Shown here: piece after piece, positions 46,281 through 59,524 of the stretch | How positions within the stretch are numbered: the first letter of the stretch is position 1 | Layout: every line of letters starts with the position of its first letter | NCBI RefSeq assembly: GCF_009914755.1 | Contig: NC_060935.1 | Length of the DNA: 64,000 nucleotides | Origin: the human T2T-CHM13v2.0 reference genome, Homo sapiens | Direction: 5' to 3' (one strand) | Made by a program: the position numbers and the translations under genes | Notes under the pieces: model-generated | Seen by the model: only the letters and a program-made list of their open reading frames with translations | Told to the model about the DNA's origin: nothing | The model's database searches: none

Positions 46281-47025
46281 TTAAAACCAGAAATATAAGC
46301 AAGGATATTACTAACAGCTTCTAAAAGTCAGTTAATTATTTGTGGTTTACAGTCTTTTAAAATTTTGTTTTCAATATATGTTTAACATCATTCTGAAAAT
46401 TCTGTAAAAAATATATATGTAACAAAGAAGGCCAAAATTATTAAAATTAGTTGAAGAGCAAAAGCAAATTTGTGATATAGAAAAAATTAAATGTTTCTTT
46501 ATGAACACATTAAATAACAAGATCTAGCTATGTATCTATTAATAATGGCTGTAAGTTTGAAATGGTGATAAATATAAATGTTATGGTGAGATATCTATAA
46601 CTACAGTAGTGGGAATGGAAATATCTTGTTAGTTATACCATTGACAAATACAGGTTCTGCTAATACTGCTGTAACTTGTCACCTACATTTATAGATTATA
46701 AATAGTAGGTTTGTCACTTCCATTGAGAACCAAAAAATATTAAATAAATACTAAGTTTCAGTTAGAAGTTAATAAAATAAGGTTATAAACTTTCCATCCA
46801 AGTTCATGAACCCCTTTCTCTACTTTTGAGACCTTTCAATCTTAGATCTTTTCACCAGAAGCATTATCTTCTCAATTATCTAATACTGAAGTTGCATCTC
46901 TGTTACAGATTTTGCATATAATATAGTTGTTTTAAAGTAAATTTTATAACATATTTTAAAGGATATTAACATTGTTTGCAATAACTTCCGAGTCCTCCTG
47001 AGTCACTCTAAAATATTACAAAGCA

Positions 47026-47686
<661 letters not shown>

Positions 47687-47892
47687 TCACGCCTGAAAAA
47701 AATTTTATTTCCAATTAAAGTCACATTCTGAAATTCTGGGTGGACCTAAGATTTAGGGGAAACTATCAAGTCATGGTAAGTAATATAAACTTTTTGCCAT
47801 GGGCTACTTTTTCCTAAAGTAGCCTCTGATAGATGCTTGGCAAGGGTATCTCAAATGTAGAAACAGGAATAGTGAAGCTGTTAATATTGTTT

Positions 47893-48220
47893 TCAGTGGG
47901 CTTTAAATCCAATGGTTGGTATGTTTATAAGAAAAACAGAAGGCACACCAAAGCACACAGAGAAAAGCAGGTCATGTAATGGAGGCAGAGATTGGAGAGA
48001 TGCAAGTATAAACCAAGGAATGCCAAGGATTGCCAGAAACCAGCAGCAGCTAGGAAGAATCAAAGAAAGAATATTCCCTAGGACCCTCAGGGAACATCAT
48101 GCTGCAGACAGCTTGATTTTAGACTTGTAGGATCCAGAAATGTAAAAGAGCAATTTCCCCTTGTTTTAAGCCACCCAGTTTGTGGTAATTTGTTACAGCA
48201 GCCCAACAAAAAAAAAAAGT
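47893..48220 (+). mobile_element. MLT1C-like LTR, 3' part
   Basis: ggaggcagagattggagagatgc...ccaaggaatgccaaggattgcc...ttttaagccacccagtttgtggtaatttgttacagcagccc. Confidence 0.85.
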
Positions 48221-48615
48221 GCACTACTTAATGTTTTAAAAAACAAGGATCATAGGAAATTATTAACTCTTTTTAGACATTTTTTCTTACTTTTGTTTTT
48301 ATTTCATTATTATTTTTAGAAGAATGGGACATTTATTTGCGAGGAGTGTGGGGAGGAGGAGGAGCACAGACATTTAAGGAAATCTCTGCAAGTCACTGCT
48401 AAGCTAATGGAACAGTCATTTCAATGGACATGCACACAAAAAAACAGTCTTTACAAAATAAGCTTATAAAACAAACTACAAGCCACAAGTAGCAACAAAA
48501 ACCCAGAAAAAGGGAGATAATCTGATTTCTGAACATACCATATTATAATATTTTAAAAATCCAGTTTTTGACAAAAAATTACAATGTGTTTTCCTAGATA
48601 ATATTTGTTGGTTAC

Positions 48616-48986
48616 TGTATTAGTCCGTTCTCATGCTGCCAATGAAGACATACCCCAAGACTGGGTTATTTATAAAGGAAAGAGGTTTAATTGACTCACA
48701 GTTCAGCATGGCTGGGAGGCCTCAAGAAACTTAAAATCATGGTGAAACAGGAAGCAAACATGCCCTTCTTTACATGGCGGCAGGAAGGAGAAGTGCTGAG
48801 CAAAACGGGGGAAGCCCTTCATAAAACCATCAGATCTCATGAGCACTCACTATCACGAGAATAGCATGGAGGAAATCGCCTCCATGATTCAATTACCTCA
48901 CACTAGGTCCCTCCCATGACACATGAGGATTATGGGAACTACAATTCAAGATGAGATTTGGGTGGGGAAACAGCCAAACCATATCA
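48616..48986 (-). mobile_element. THE1D-like solo LTR
   Basis: tgtattagtccgttctcatgctgc...cagccaaaccatatca; perfect TSD gttac. Confidence 0.93.
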
Positions 48987-49084
48987 GTTACAATTTTTAA
49001 AGAAATTTTTAAATAAAAGTTAAATACCCAGATATTAATACCACATATGTTTCACTCCAAACCTATATATATTTTAAAATGTAT

Positions 49085-49320
49085 AGCATACTGTATAAAA
49101 GCTTAGGCAGTGCAGTCAAATAGAACTGGATTTAAATTCAGGATTGACCTCTTGTTATCTGAGTCCATGGGTAAAATAACTGACACCATTAAGCCTCAGT
49201 TATTCATTCACAAAATGGATAAATAACAATACCTCATAACATTCTTGTAATTAAAAGAGATAATGTGTATGTCTCTCAATTACTGATACATAATAGACAC
49301 TTTATAGATGTTAGCTGCCA
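49085..49320 (+). mobile_element. MIR
   Basis: ggatttaaattc...taagcctcagttattcattcacaaaatggataaataacaatacctcat. Confidence 0.75.
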
Positions 49321-49804
49321 GTGATGTTATAATTACTATGTATTATTATCTTCTTGTGGGGAAAACTTTTTTCTTGAAAAGTCCTTAGTGTCCTATAAAA
49401 TTGGAACTTCCATCAATACTTTTCTTCCCTTTTTTGGGGAGAAAACTGCTCCATAGGCTAAAAATTGATTCATCTTGTAGAACTAAGGCCATGATATAGT
49501 AACAATCCACCCACCAAACCTCAGAGGTATAAAACATCAAGGATTAATTTCTTACCCATCTTAAATGACTGTTGCAGATCAGCTCTTTTCATGTTTCCTG
49601 CTCTTAGAGACTCAGGTTGATTTAGTAACTACCATCTCTTTGGCAGAGAGTAAGAAATCTTCCTTCAAGGAATAATACAAAACGCCTTTTCTAACACACC
49701 ACTGGCCAAAGCAAACAACAGGGCCATGGATGCAGAAAAAATGCAAGTCCACCACATGCCAAATGCAAAATAAAACATATTTGATAAACATTCCTGATGA
49801 CCAC

Positions 49805-52800
49805 TGCTATAGTTTGGATGTGTCTCCCACAAAACATGTGTTGAAAATTCAATCTTCATTGCAACAGCTTTGGGAGATGGGGCCTAATGAGAGGTGATTA
49901 GGCATGAGGGCAAAATAAATGAATTTATGCCATTATTTTAGGAGTAGGTTTCTTATGAAAGGATGAGTTTGGCCCTCTTTTGCCTTTCTATCTCTCATCC
50001 TGTCTGCCCTTCCAACACTCGATGACAAAGCAAGAAAGCTCTTGCTAGATGCTGGCACCTCTATCTTAGACTTCCCAGCCTCCAGAACTGTGAGCCAATA
50101 ATACACTTCTGCTCTTTATAAATTCCCAGTCTCAGGTACTCTGTTACAGCAGCACAAAATAGAGAAAGGTGAAAATTGGTACTGCAAAGTGGGGCTGTCC
50201 TATAACAAACAACTGAAAATATAGGAGCAGCTTTGGAATTGGGTAATGGGCAGAGGATAGAAAAATTTAGAAGCGCAAGCTAGGAAAGACCAAGATTACC
50301 ATAAATGTAGGATTATGGGTGATTCTGGTGAGGGCTTAGAAGAAGAGCTGTAGGGAGTCTGAAACTTCTTAGAGATTACTTAAGTGGTTGTAATCAAAAC
50401 ATTTATTAAAATATGGACAGTAAAGGCAATTCTGATAAGGTCTGAGACACAGATGAGGCACAAGGTATTGGAAACTTGAGTGAAGGACATCCTTGTTATA
50501 AAATGGTGAAGAATTTGGCTGAATGCTGTCCACGTCTGATGGCTTTGTGGAAGGCAGAATTTAAGAGTGATGAACGAGGATATCTGATAGAAGAAAGAGC
50601 TAAGCAGCAAGGCCTTCTGGGTGTTCTATACTTCTTTTAACTACATATAGTAAAATGAGAGAAGAAAAAGATGATTTAAAGATGAAGTTTATAATTGAAA
50701 GGGAAATATAATTTAGGGATTTGAGAGATTCTCAGACTGGCCCTGTGAAAATGAAACGGCATTTTCAGAAGAAGAAACAGTGTGGCCAAGGACTGTTTGA
50801 TAAGGCAATTAATCTAGATAGAACAAAGCCAGAGGCTATTCATTAGGACAATGGGAGAATGACCCCAAAGGCACTTTGGAGATCACCAGTGCTGTCCCTA
50901 CTATCAAAGGCCCAGAGTGCCAAGGCCTGTGAGAAGGAAATGTATCAAAAGAGAGAACTAGTGTGGTAGGAATTATTAAGAAATTATTTTAGGCAGATAG
51001 AAAGAAAAAGGGGCCCTTGGAAAGTTTTTATTTCTTTTTAAAGCAGCTCCAGAAACGTTTCTTGTCTAGCAGAAAAGCCCTGGCTCTTAGACTCCGGCTG
51101 GAAACCTTTGATATTCAAATGCCGACCATTAGAAACTAGGTCCACCCAACATGGTGACTCCCACCGTTGTCCTTTTGCCCTTGCCTGGCAACATGGCTGC
51201 CCCCACATATCGCCAAGCATATAGAACATCATGGAGCCCTGAATTTGCATATTCAAGGCTAGGGTGGGAGGGACAGTTTTTTCACGGGCTACATGAATGA
51301 TATGCCTGGTCAAACCAATCCCCCGAGCCATATGCAAATCAGACACCACTTTCTCCAGCCTCTACATATACCTGGCTGGTTTCTGCCACACCTGGGGTCT
51401 CTGTTCTCAGCTTTGGAGCTCCCCTCCCTCTGTCTCTGTGAAGGGGAGCTTCTTCCTCCTTCTTTTCCTTTCTTTCTTGCCTATTAAACTCTCCACTCCT
51501 TAAAACCACTCCACATGTGTCAGTGTTGTTTTTTCCAATTTGACGTGAGACGAAGAACCTGGTGTTCCTCCACTCATTGGAGCCATATCACTAGGACACC
51601 ACTGGGAACTTGGGGCTTGCTGTCCAAAGCCATCTCAAGTCTCTGTTCTCCAAATTCCAGTGCAGTGCTTCTCAGCTGCCACAGCCAATGCTCAAGTGGA
51701 CCTGGTGCAGCTTTGCCAGCCACTGCATAAGGTACAAGCCATAAAGCCTGGCAGTGTCCACGTGGTACTAATTCTGCAGAAGCATAGAATGCAAGAGCTG
51801 TGCAGGCATGGCTTCCTCTACCTAGATTTTAAAGGATGTTCCAGATAGCCTGGGGATGCAGGCAGAGACTTGTTACAAGGGTAAAGCTGCTGCAGAAAGC
51901 CTCTGCTAAAACAGTGCCCAGCAGAACTGTGGGGTACAAGCCACCACAGAATCCCCACTAAGGCAATGCCTGGTGGAGTCATGAGAACAAGTTAAGCTCA
52001 GACAGGTCCCAATAAAGACAATGTCTAATGGAGCCATGGGAGTGGGGCCACCCCCAAGAACTCAGAACTATAGATCTACCAGTATGCAGTGTTGGACTGG
52101 GAGAGATGCAGGCACAATACTACAACATGTGAGAGCTGCTGCATGGGCTGAGCCCAGCTGAGACATAAAGGCAGGACTGCCCACAACTTTGGGAGCCCAA
52201 CCCCCACCCCACTGTGCCATGGAGTCTAAGAATATTATTCTAAAGCCCTAAGATTTAATGTTGTTACTTGGGACTAGTTATCCCTTTCTTCTTGCCTATT
52301 TCTCCCTTTTGAAATGGGATTGTCTTTCCTATACCTGTCCCGCCATTGTCATTTGGGAGTGATAACTTGTTTTGATTTTACAGGCTCACAAGAGGAGGAG
52401 AATTTGCCTCGGGGTGAATTGTGCCTTGAATCTCACCTATATCTGATTTAGATGACACTCTGGACTTTGGACTTTTGAGATGGTGCTGGAATAAAATAGG
52501 ACTTTGAATTTATTGGAATGCAATTAGTGTATTTTGTACATAAGAAAGACGTGAATTTTAGGGGCCAGGGGCAGAAGGCTATGGTTTGAATGTGTCCCCA
52601 AAAAAGCATGCGTTGGAAACTTAATCCCCAATGCAACTGTGTTGGGAGGTGGCGCCAAATGAGAGGTGATAAGGCCACAAGGGCAAAGTAAATTAATGCT
52701 ATTGTTGGAGTGGGTTTGTTATCATGGTACCTAGTTCCTTATGGAAAGGTGAGTTTGGCCCCCTTTGCCTCTCTCACTCTTTCTTTTTGCCCTTCTCCAA

Positions 52801-52968
52801 TGACATGACATAGAAAGTAGGCCCTCACCAGAGGCCAGCAGCTTGATCTTGGATTTCCCAGCTTCCAGAACCATGAGTTAATAAATTTCTGTTCCCTAAA
52901 ACTGGATGACATACTCTGATTTATACCCTGTGGTATTCTGTTATAGCAGCACCAACAAGACTATGAAA
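49805..52968 (+). mobile_element. Two-LTR MST (MSTB/C-like) MaLR provirus: 5' LTR 49805-50170, internal 50171-52576, 3' LTR 52577-52968
   Basis: Paired LTRs; gaaaattggtac internal start; purine tract ggggccaggggcagaa before the 3' LTR; TSD accac/accat. Confidence 0.9.
50962..51590 (+). mobile_element. LTR9-family (LTR9B-like) ERV1 solo LTR nested in the MST internal region
   Basis: tgtggtaggaattattaagaaattattttaggcagatag...gagccatatca; perfect TSD ctag; ATTAAA signal. Confidence 0.8.
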
Positions 52969-53530
52969 ACCATGGTGTAACTTGCATTGGCCCATAGATT
53001 TTACTGAGTAAGTGTAATGTATTCGAGTTTGCTCTTCTCCTCCTTACAATAAAATACCTGGAGAGTCCCTGCCTCTGCATAAGAAGGCATCTGGGTTTAC
53101 TTATCTGCTATGCCATTGCCTGAATGACTAACTCAATTCAGAAGAGAAAGGAATCAAGTCTAAGGTTTATTATCTAATTCAGCTTTATAAATAACAAAGC
53201 ATATGTTTTGATCCCTATGTAACTCCAAAGACTATTTCTCCATTTGTTAAAAGTCTGATGGTAAAAAGACTAATAATTAATAAATGGGATCCTTCAAAAA
53301 TCCCAGCATTTAAGGGAACACATCATTCTTGGTATATTTTGCCAAAAATTAATAACATGAATTACCAGAAAAATCAGACAAATTGAAAATATTTTACCAA
53401 ATTCTTAGCCAATCAGAAGTATAAAAGTCATGAAAGACAAAGGAAGATGGAAGATCTTTTCCAGATTAAAAGAGCCTAAAAGTACATGAAAACTAAATGA
53501 AACTGGAATTCAGAATTGTATCCTGGTCTA

Positions 53531-53605
53531 AATAAAGAAAGAAAGAGAAAGCAGGGGGGAGAGAGAGGGAAAGCGGGGTAGAGAGAGAGAGAGAGAGAGA
53601 GAAAG
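53531..53605. repeat. GA-rich microsatellite
   Basis: aagaaagaaagaga...gagagagaga. Confidence 0.9.
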
Positions 53606-53749
53606 AATGAATGAACATGGATAATTAGCAAAATTTGAAATAGAATTGAATAAATGTTAATTTCCTAGATTCAATAATTGTGTTTATATAAAATGTTACC
53701 ATTTGGAAAAGCTGAGTAAAGAGTATTTGAGAATTGGGAACTCTTTGTT

Positions 53750-55177
53750 CTTTTTTTTTTTTTTTTTTCCCAGAATAATCAGATAAATGGATTTTCACTC
53801 AATATATTTTAAACAAAGATTTTGTGCAACTTATACTATTATAATAATAAATTGATAGTTTGAAGCAAGAAAATAATACAAAGAAAAATTCATTTCCAAA
53901 TGCAAAGCAGTATCTTTGCTCAGGGGTGATTCACATTTATGTGTAATTTTGCATTTTCAAAAAGATGATTGTTACAATCAGTTATATCGCCACTTAGTTA
54001 TGTCTAAGTTGTATCAGTTAAACATATGTTCCTTTAGAAAATTCTATTTAATATTATTATTTCCTTCAGTGATTTTCTCCAAACAGTGATAGAAGTACTT
54101 CTCAATGGACAGAATACACAAAACTGTTTTTGACTACATCTCGATCATACTGACACCTACAATAAAGGCTTGACTCCAAGGGTGCCCAGCTCTAATTTGT
54201 GAAGTATGTCCTGTTTGGAAAGTAACAATGAGGTTGTAAGTAGCAACAGTACTTACTCATTATCAAAAAATAACAATTTTAGGTATCTTTGTTTTGGATT
54301 TCTGTAATTTAAGTCATCCAGTTTCTTCAGAGTCTCCACTCACTCCCTTTGACCAGCAATCAACTGTGACCATTCCAAAATCTGAATTCTGACTTTCAGG
54401 ACAATCCTTCTTAAAATATTCCACAGAGCCACAAAGTTTGCAACCACCACCATCAGCACAGAGTCCTTTGGGATGATCAGGACAAGATCTGGACAGCTGT
54501 CTCATTTCCCCACAAACAAACATTTCGCAAAAGGAAATTAATTAAGAGCCAGGGCTACTTTAGCCCTGCCCTTGATCATTTTGCGCTCCACAGACCCAGA
54601 CCCAGAACACGTTCCAGTGCCCGTATGTTGATTTTCTAGGGCAACTGGGCAATCTGCAGTTGTATGACCAGGTTTTCTGCAATGGAAACATACTATTGTC
54701 TTTCTCTTTGCTGCTTGTCATTCATTGTTTTCCTTCCCATAAGACTGTCTTTCTTTAAAGCAACTGCAATTTATTCCCTTACTGCCTGATCGTTGCTATC
54801 ATCTCCCCATCGTTGCTATCATCTCCCCATCGTAAACCATCTGTGAGTTCTGCCTTAGGTATTCCATGAATCCATTCACATCTCCACTTAGGTACTCTTT
54901 TTTTTTCTGTTTTGCTTGTGGTGCGTCATTTTGAAGGGAGAGCCTATTGGCTTCAAGTTGTTGGTGCTTTGAAAGATTTTGTCCCTCAAAGGACTTTTTG
55001 TATCCTCCCATGATGCTGCAGGCAAGGGTCTCTTGTTATGTGTGGTGGTAACTTGTGCCCACCTGGTCACAGTTTCTTTGGAGGTACCTTATCAGTTATG
55101 CGTGAACCGCCTAGAGCAGTTAGCAAGCCAGAGAAGCCTAACCCCCTATGGCAGCAATAGCACTCAACACTAGAGGT
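53750..55177 (-). pseudogene. ZCCHC9: Processed pseudogene of ZCCHC9 (CCHC zinc-knuckle protein 9); CDS remnant 55070 to 54263
   Basis: TRWAQVTTTHNKRPLPAASWED, LEANRLSLQNDAPQAK, VNGFMEYLRQNSQMV, CFVCGEMRQLSRSCPDHPKGLCADGGGCKLCGSVEYFKKDCPESQNS, KIPKIVIF-stop; intronless; UTRs present; poly(T) 53751-53768; degenerate TSD ggaactctttgtt/ggaatttcttgtt; start codon reads GTG; frameshifts. Confidence 0.93.
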
Positions 55178-55699
55178 AGGAATTTCTTGTTATATTTTTG
55201 TGACTTTTGTATAAAATTATTTCAAAATGAAAAGTTAAAAAGCAATAAATAACAAAAATAAATTTTAAAAGCTAATTCACCAATTTTGAGAAGCAAAAAC
55301 TTGAACAGAAATACTCCCAATTTCCTTGCCAAAACCTTTGCTTTCCCAGAAGTATTGTGTTCATTTATTCAAGGTATTAACCATTCTCATACTACTAAAT
55401 CTAAAACCCTAAGCACATTTTGTGGTTGGTCCTGTTGGATTATCCTTGCCTTTTCTCTGTTTTCTTTGCATTAGCCCTGGGCACTGGTTATATTTCTAAG
55501 GCTTCTAGTTAGGCTAAGTCAATTGTATACTACTGGAATTTATTTGCTTAAAGAAAAGCAAAATTGCATCCAAAACAAATATACTGTTTTATTACATTAC
55601 GATATCAGTATATACATTAAAATGGAAATTTTCTCTTCATGACTCAAAGAAAAAATGTAATTATTATTATGATACTATTTAATCACTGTATCTGCAAAT

Positions 55700-55955
55700 A
55701 AAATTGGGATTCCAGATTGAATCCTGGTCCAAAAAAAAATTACATGAGTAATTGACAAAATTTAAAATAAAACTGCATAAATGTTAATTCCCTAGTTTTG
55801 ATAATTACATTCATATAAAATGTTATCATTTGGAAAAGGTGAGTAAAGGGTATACAGGAATTCTGTGTTCTATTTTTTTTTTTTTTTTTTTTTTTCAGAA
55901 AAATAAGCTGATAGCAAATGCGTTTTCGTTCAATATCTTAAAAATATTGTGACAT
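55700..55955 (+). repeat. Diverged direct copy of 53500-53830 (L1M piece + poly(T) + pseudogene 3' tip)
   Basis: Collinear blocks atcctggtc, ataaatgttaatt, atataaaatgtta, catttggaaaag, tgagtaaag, tgttct, poly(T), tcaatat. Confidence 0.8.
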
Positions 55956-56399
55956 TTTCTATATTGAAGATAACAACTCTTTTGATGAAACAGTCAATAA
56001 TTAGAGAACCAGTGTTCCAATGAGCTTATTCAGACATTAGCAACATCAAAAGAGGATATATGGTTGATCTAGTCTTTACTTGGCCTATATGAGCATGAAC
56101 AGAGACTCCTATAACACCTCACACACACACACAAATCACACACAAACTGCTTATCTATAATACACGCAATTATGTCGTTCCCATTCTTAAAACACATATC
56201 AACAAACAAAATGACGTCTCCAATTTTCATTAAGGAAAAATGTCCAAACGTCTAACTGCTGATTTCAAAGCTTTGCATAACCTGGCCCCTTTTCAGCCTC
56301 CTTCTTGTTACTTCCCACATGAATCCACCTTTTTACTTGCTATTGTCAAAACATTCCACGCTGGAACACCTCTGTCTGGTGCTGATCCCTCTCTCTAGA

Positions 56400-57990
56400 A
56401 TTTCATACACTCTAATCAACGAAGTACCAACTAAGATTCATGTGACCTTTATATCCCTTAACTGTAACCCAGTTTTTTCTTCTGAGCTCCAGATCATGTT
56501 TTCAAATGTTTACTGGCCATCTTCAGTTTGATGTCTCACAGTTTTTCAAATTTGTACAGACCTCAAAAGAGTAATGACTTTACCTACCACCCAAACACAA
56601 TTAATGAATGAAACTACATTTCAATAATTTCCTCAAGTAAGAAATAGTTTCATCCTTAATTCACCTTTCCCTTGCCACCTAATATATACTCTGCTGTATC
56701 TTTTGAATTTGTGACCAGATAATCTCTTGAGTTCAACAACTTCTTTCTAGTCTTACTCTAATGCTTTAAACAGCCACTCACTTTTATCAGCTAGATTATC
56801 ATAGCAGCCTCAAACACAACCCAGCACATCCCAGTCTCCACACTACAACCAAAGTAACTTTCTAAAATGCAGATATGATAATATCATTGTCAGCTTAAAC
56901 TCTTGCTCTTACAATGAAACACCAAATCCTTAACATGACTTCTAAATCCCTTTGCAATCTGGCTAATGCTTTGCTATCCAGTCTCATTTCCCTTCACTTT
57001 ATCACTATTATGCTCCAAATATACAGTAGTAGTGTCAGTTCCTTAAATATACTCTACTGCCTATAGTAGGCAGTCTTTAAAACAGCCCCTAAAAATCTTT
57101 GCCTGATGCTATTCATGATGTTGTATAATTCCCTTCTTTTGAGTGTGGGTTTGACTTAGTGACACATTTCTATCAAAGAGAATGTGGCAAAGATGGGATG
57201 TCACTTCCGAAATTAAGTTACAAGAAGACTCTAGCTTCCATCTTGCTTGCCTTACTCTTTCGTTTCTTGCCCTAATGGAAGCCGGCTACTGAACTGTGAG
57301 ATGCTCTATGGAGAGGCACATGTAGCAAGGAAGTAATTTTTCTGATCAACAGCCAGATGAAATAGAGAGGAACTGAGACTCTCAGCCCAACAAATGATGA
57401 AAGACTGAAACTTGGTGAAAACATTATTAATGACCTTGAATGTGAATTCCTTACCAGTCCAGCTTAGAGATGACTGCAGCCCTGCCCAGCAACTTAACTG
57501 TAGCACTGTGAGACCCTGAAGCCAGAGGATCCAGCCAGTACATGCCTGGATTCTTGATGCACGAAAACTGTCTTTGTTGTTATTGCTGTTTCTAGCCTCT
57601 AAGTATAAACATAATTTGTTACTCAACCACAGAGAGCTTATACACTGCCCATCACATCAAGGATTTACAAAACATATTCTTCCGCCTGTAACATTTTCTG
57701 TTCCTCTATTTTCCAACTCCTTTTATTTACTACTTTCTCATTCCTCCTCCCTCCACTTTCTTTCTCCACGCACCCTCCTTCTATTATTCTTTAAGTATTA
57801 TTTTCTTCAGAGTGTTTTTTGTACCCCTAAGTGTGAGACAGAAGTCTTTCCTGTGTAGTTTTCCTAATATAAACATGAGCATCTCCCACTAGATCACAGA
57901 TATTTTTCACAGTTATATCTCCATGCCTTATACACCCTAGTCCATAATGTATATTTATTACTTTTTTTGTCATTGTTGTTAATAAATGTG
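56400..57990 (+). mobile_element. L2 fragment interrupted by an MLT1 LTR
   Basis: tctgagctccag...gatgtctcacag...ttctaaaatgcagatatgata. Confidence 0.65.
57062..57644 (+). mobile_element. MLT1F-like solo LTR
   Basis: ttgagtgtggg...gatgggatgtcacttcc...agatgactgcagccc; perfect TSD ctgcc. Confidence 0.88.
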
Positions 57991-58729
57991 AAAAGTACTG
58001 GCAAAATCTAAAAGGGGGTTATTAGTCATAATATAATATACAAAATGAGTTGTAAGGTACAGGAAAATAAAATAACTACAAGAAATAAATCTGAAACCAA
58101 TGGTTTACTGACTGATATATGCTGATAGTGCAACTTGAGGATACAAAAGAAGAAAGAAACAACAGTCTTGATTCACATATGTATGCGGTTCCCAGTTACC
58201 TAAAAGTCATTTACTTCTTCACCTCCAGAAAGCCAAAATTGGACTTGCTAATTTGTTGAGACTCTCCCATTCTGGGCATTTGGCACATCAAAACACCAGA
58301 TGGTCACTTACATCAAAGAATCCTGATGATAAAAGAGATTTTTCACCTAGACCAAACCCAAAAGACTCCGTGGCATATTGATTTATTATTGGGCTCTTAT
58401 TCCAAGATCAAACAGGTCCCAATGCAGCCAGATATCAATCTGAACTAGGTATCAGTTTATCAAAAAGTGAGAAGTAAGCAGATGAAGCCAGTCAAATGCC
58501 AGAACTTATATACACAATCATGAAAACTGAAGTTCCAGAAGAGAACCTCAGCTCACATTATTACAAAAACTGAAACAGCCTTTTGATTTAGTAAGACTAA
58601 AGCCACCTCCTGTGAATTACAGAGAGGTATGAGTAAAGATTTATAATCAATAAAATGAAATCAACAAAAAAAAAGTCAATAATTTACTAAATATTTACTA
58701 GTTGTGTAATAGTAAAAAGAACCAACTTT

Positions 58730-58950
58730 TTTTTAAACATCTACTGGACATCAAACACTGTGCCAATGCTTTGCATCCATTATCTTGTTTACTCTCTCAC
58801 TGAAATTATAATAAAGTAGGCAGATAAGGAAACCAAAGGTAGGACAGTTTGGGCAACTTCACCAGCATCACAGTCTTAATAAAACTCTGAGCTGAAATTT
58901 CAAGCTACAGTTTACTTCAAAGTCAATGTTCTTTCCATTACGTGACAAAG
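58730..58950 (-). mobile_element. MIR
   Basis: actgtgccaatgctttgcatccattatct...cagataaggaaac. Confidence 0.6.
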
Positions 58951-58999
58951 TACTTCCCTTCTACATGAATAAAAGAAGACTGTGCCAAAATCCTGTGGA

Positions 59000-59524
59000 T
59001 TTAGAGGGCCCATCCTGGCCTCCTTCTGGTTATGCCACGAATTGGGTGAAACCACAGCATCAAAAGAACATGCCCACTAGAGCCTGTACCCACATGTTAG
59101 TCCACATGCTAGTCTGCTAGGGCTTGAGATTTGTTTGCCCAAACATTTCTGGGTCAAATTAAGACAGATTATAGCACATTCAAAGCCCTGCAGGATGGCC
59201 AAGGGGCATTGTGGTGGAGGTGGGAGATTTTGTGTCTTGGTGGTTCCAGCAAGAGCTGCATGGAACAGGAGGAGAAGAAAGGGTGGCAAGGGTTTGGCAT
59301 GACCCTCCCTGAGTCACTCCATTCTGAGAGCTCAAGAAAGCTAAGTTCATACCTGCCTTCCAGGCCAGAATAAAGGCACATATTTGTCAATGTAGGGAGA
59401 CAGAATGTATTTTATTTAACAGTATATTAGCTTATTTATAACTTTTAGCTATTTAGAAATATGGTTTGTGGCCTTCCATTAGTATTCTTACCCTGAATAC
59501 CATGAATATTGTGGAGGGGGACTG
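59000..59524 (-). mobile_element. MER45-like hAT-Tip100 element
   Basis: attttatttaacagtatattagcttatttataacttttagctatttagaaatatggt...ttccatt; left boundary uncertain. Confidence 0.55.

Larger units (their letters stand above)
53300..55225 (+). mobile_element. Old L1M (L1MC/ME-like) 3' end split by the pseudogene insertion
   Basis: aaagtcatgaaagacaaaggaaga...ccagattaaaagag...aatgttaatttcct; resumes after the pseudogene as ggaatttcttgttatattttt...aaaattatttcaaaatgaaaagtt. Confidence 0.7.

Noticed and set aside
58228-58473. Possible + strand exon (ctccag acceptor, gtaagc donor)
   Set aside because: No recognisable coding frame or partner exon; splice-like motifs alone are insufficient.
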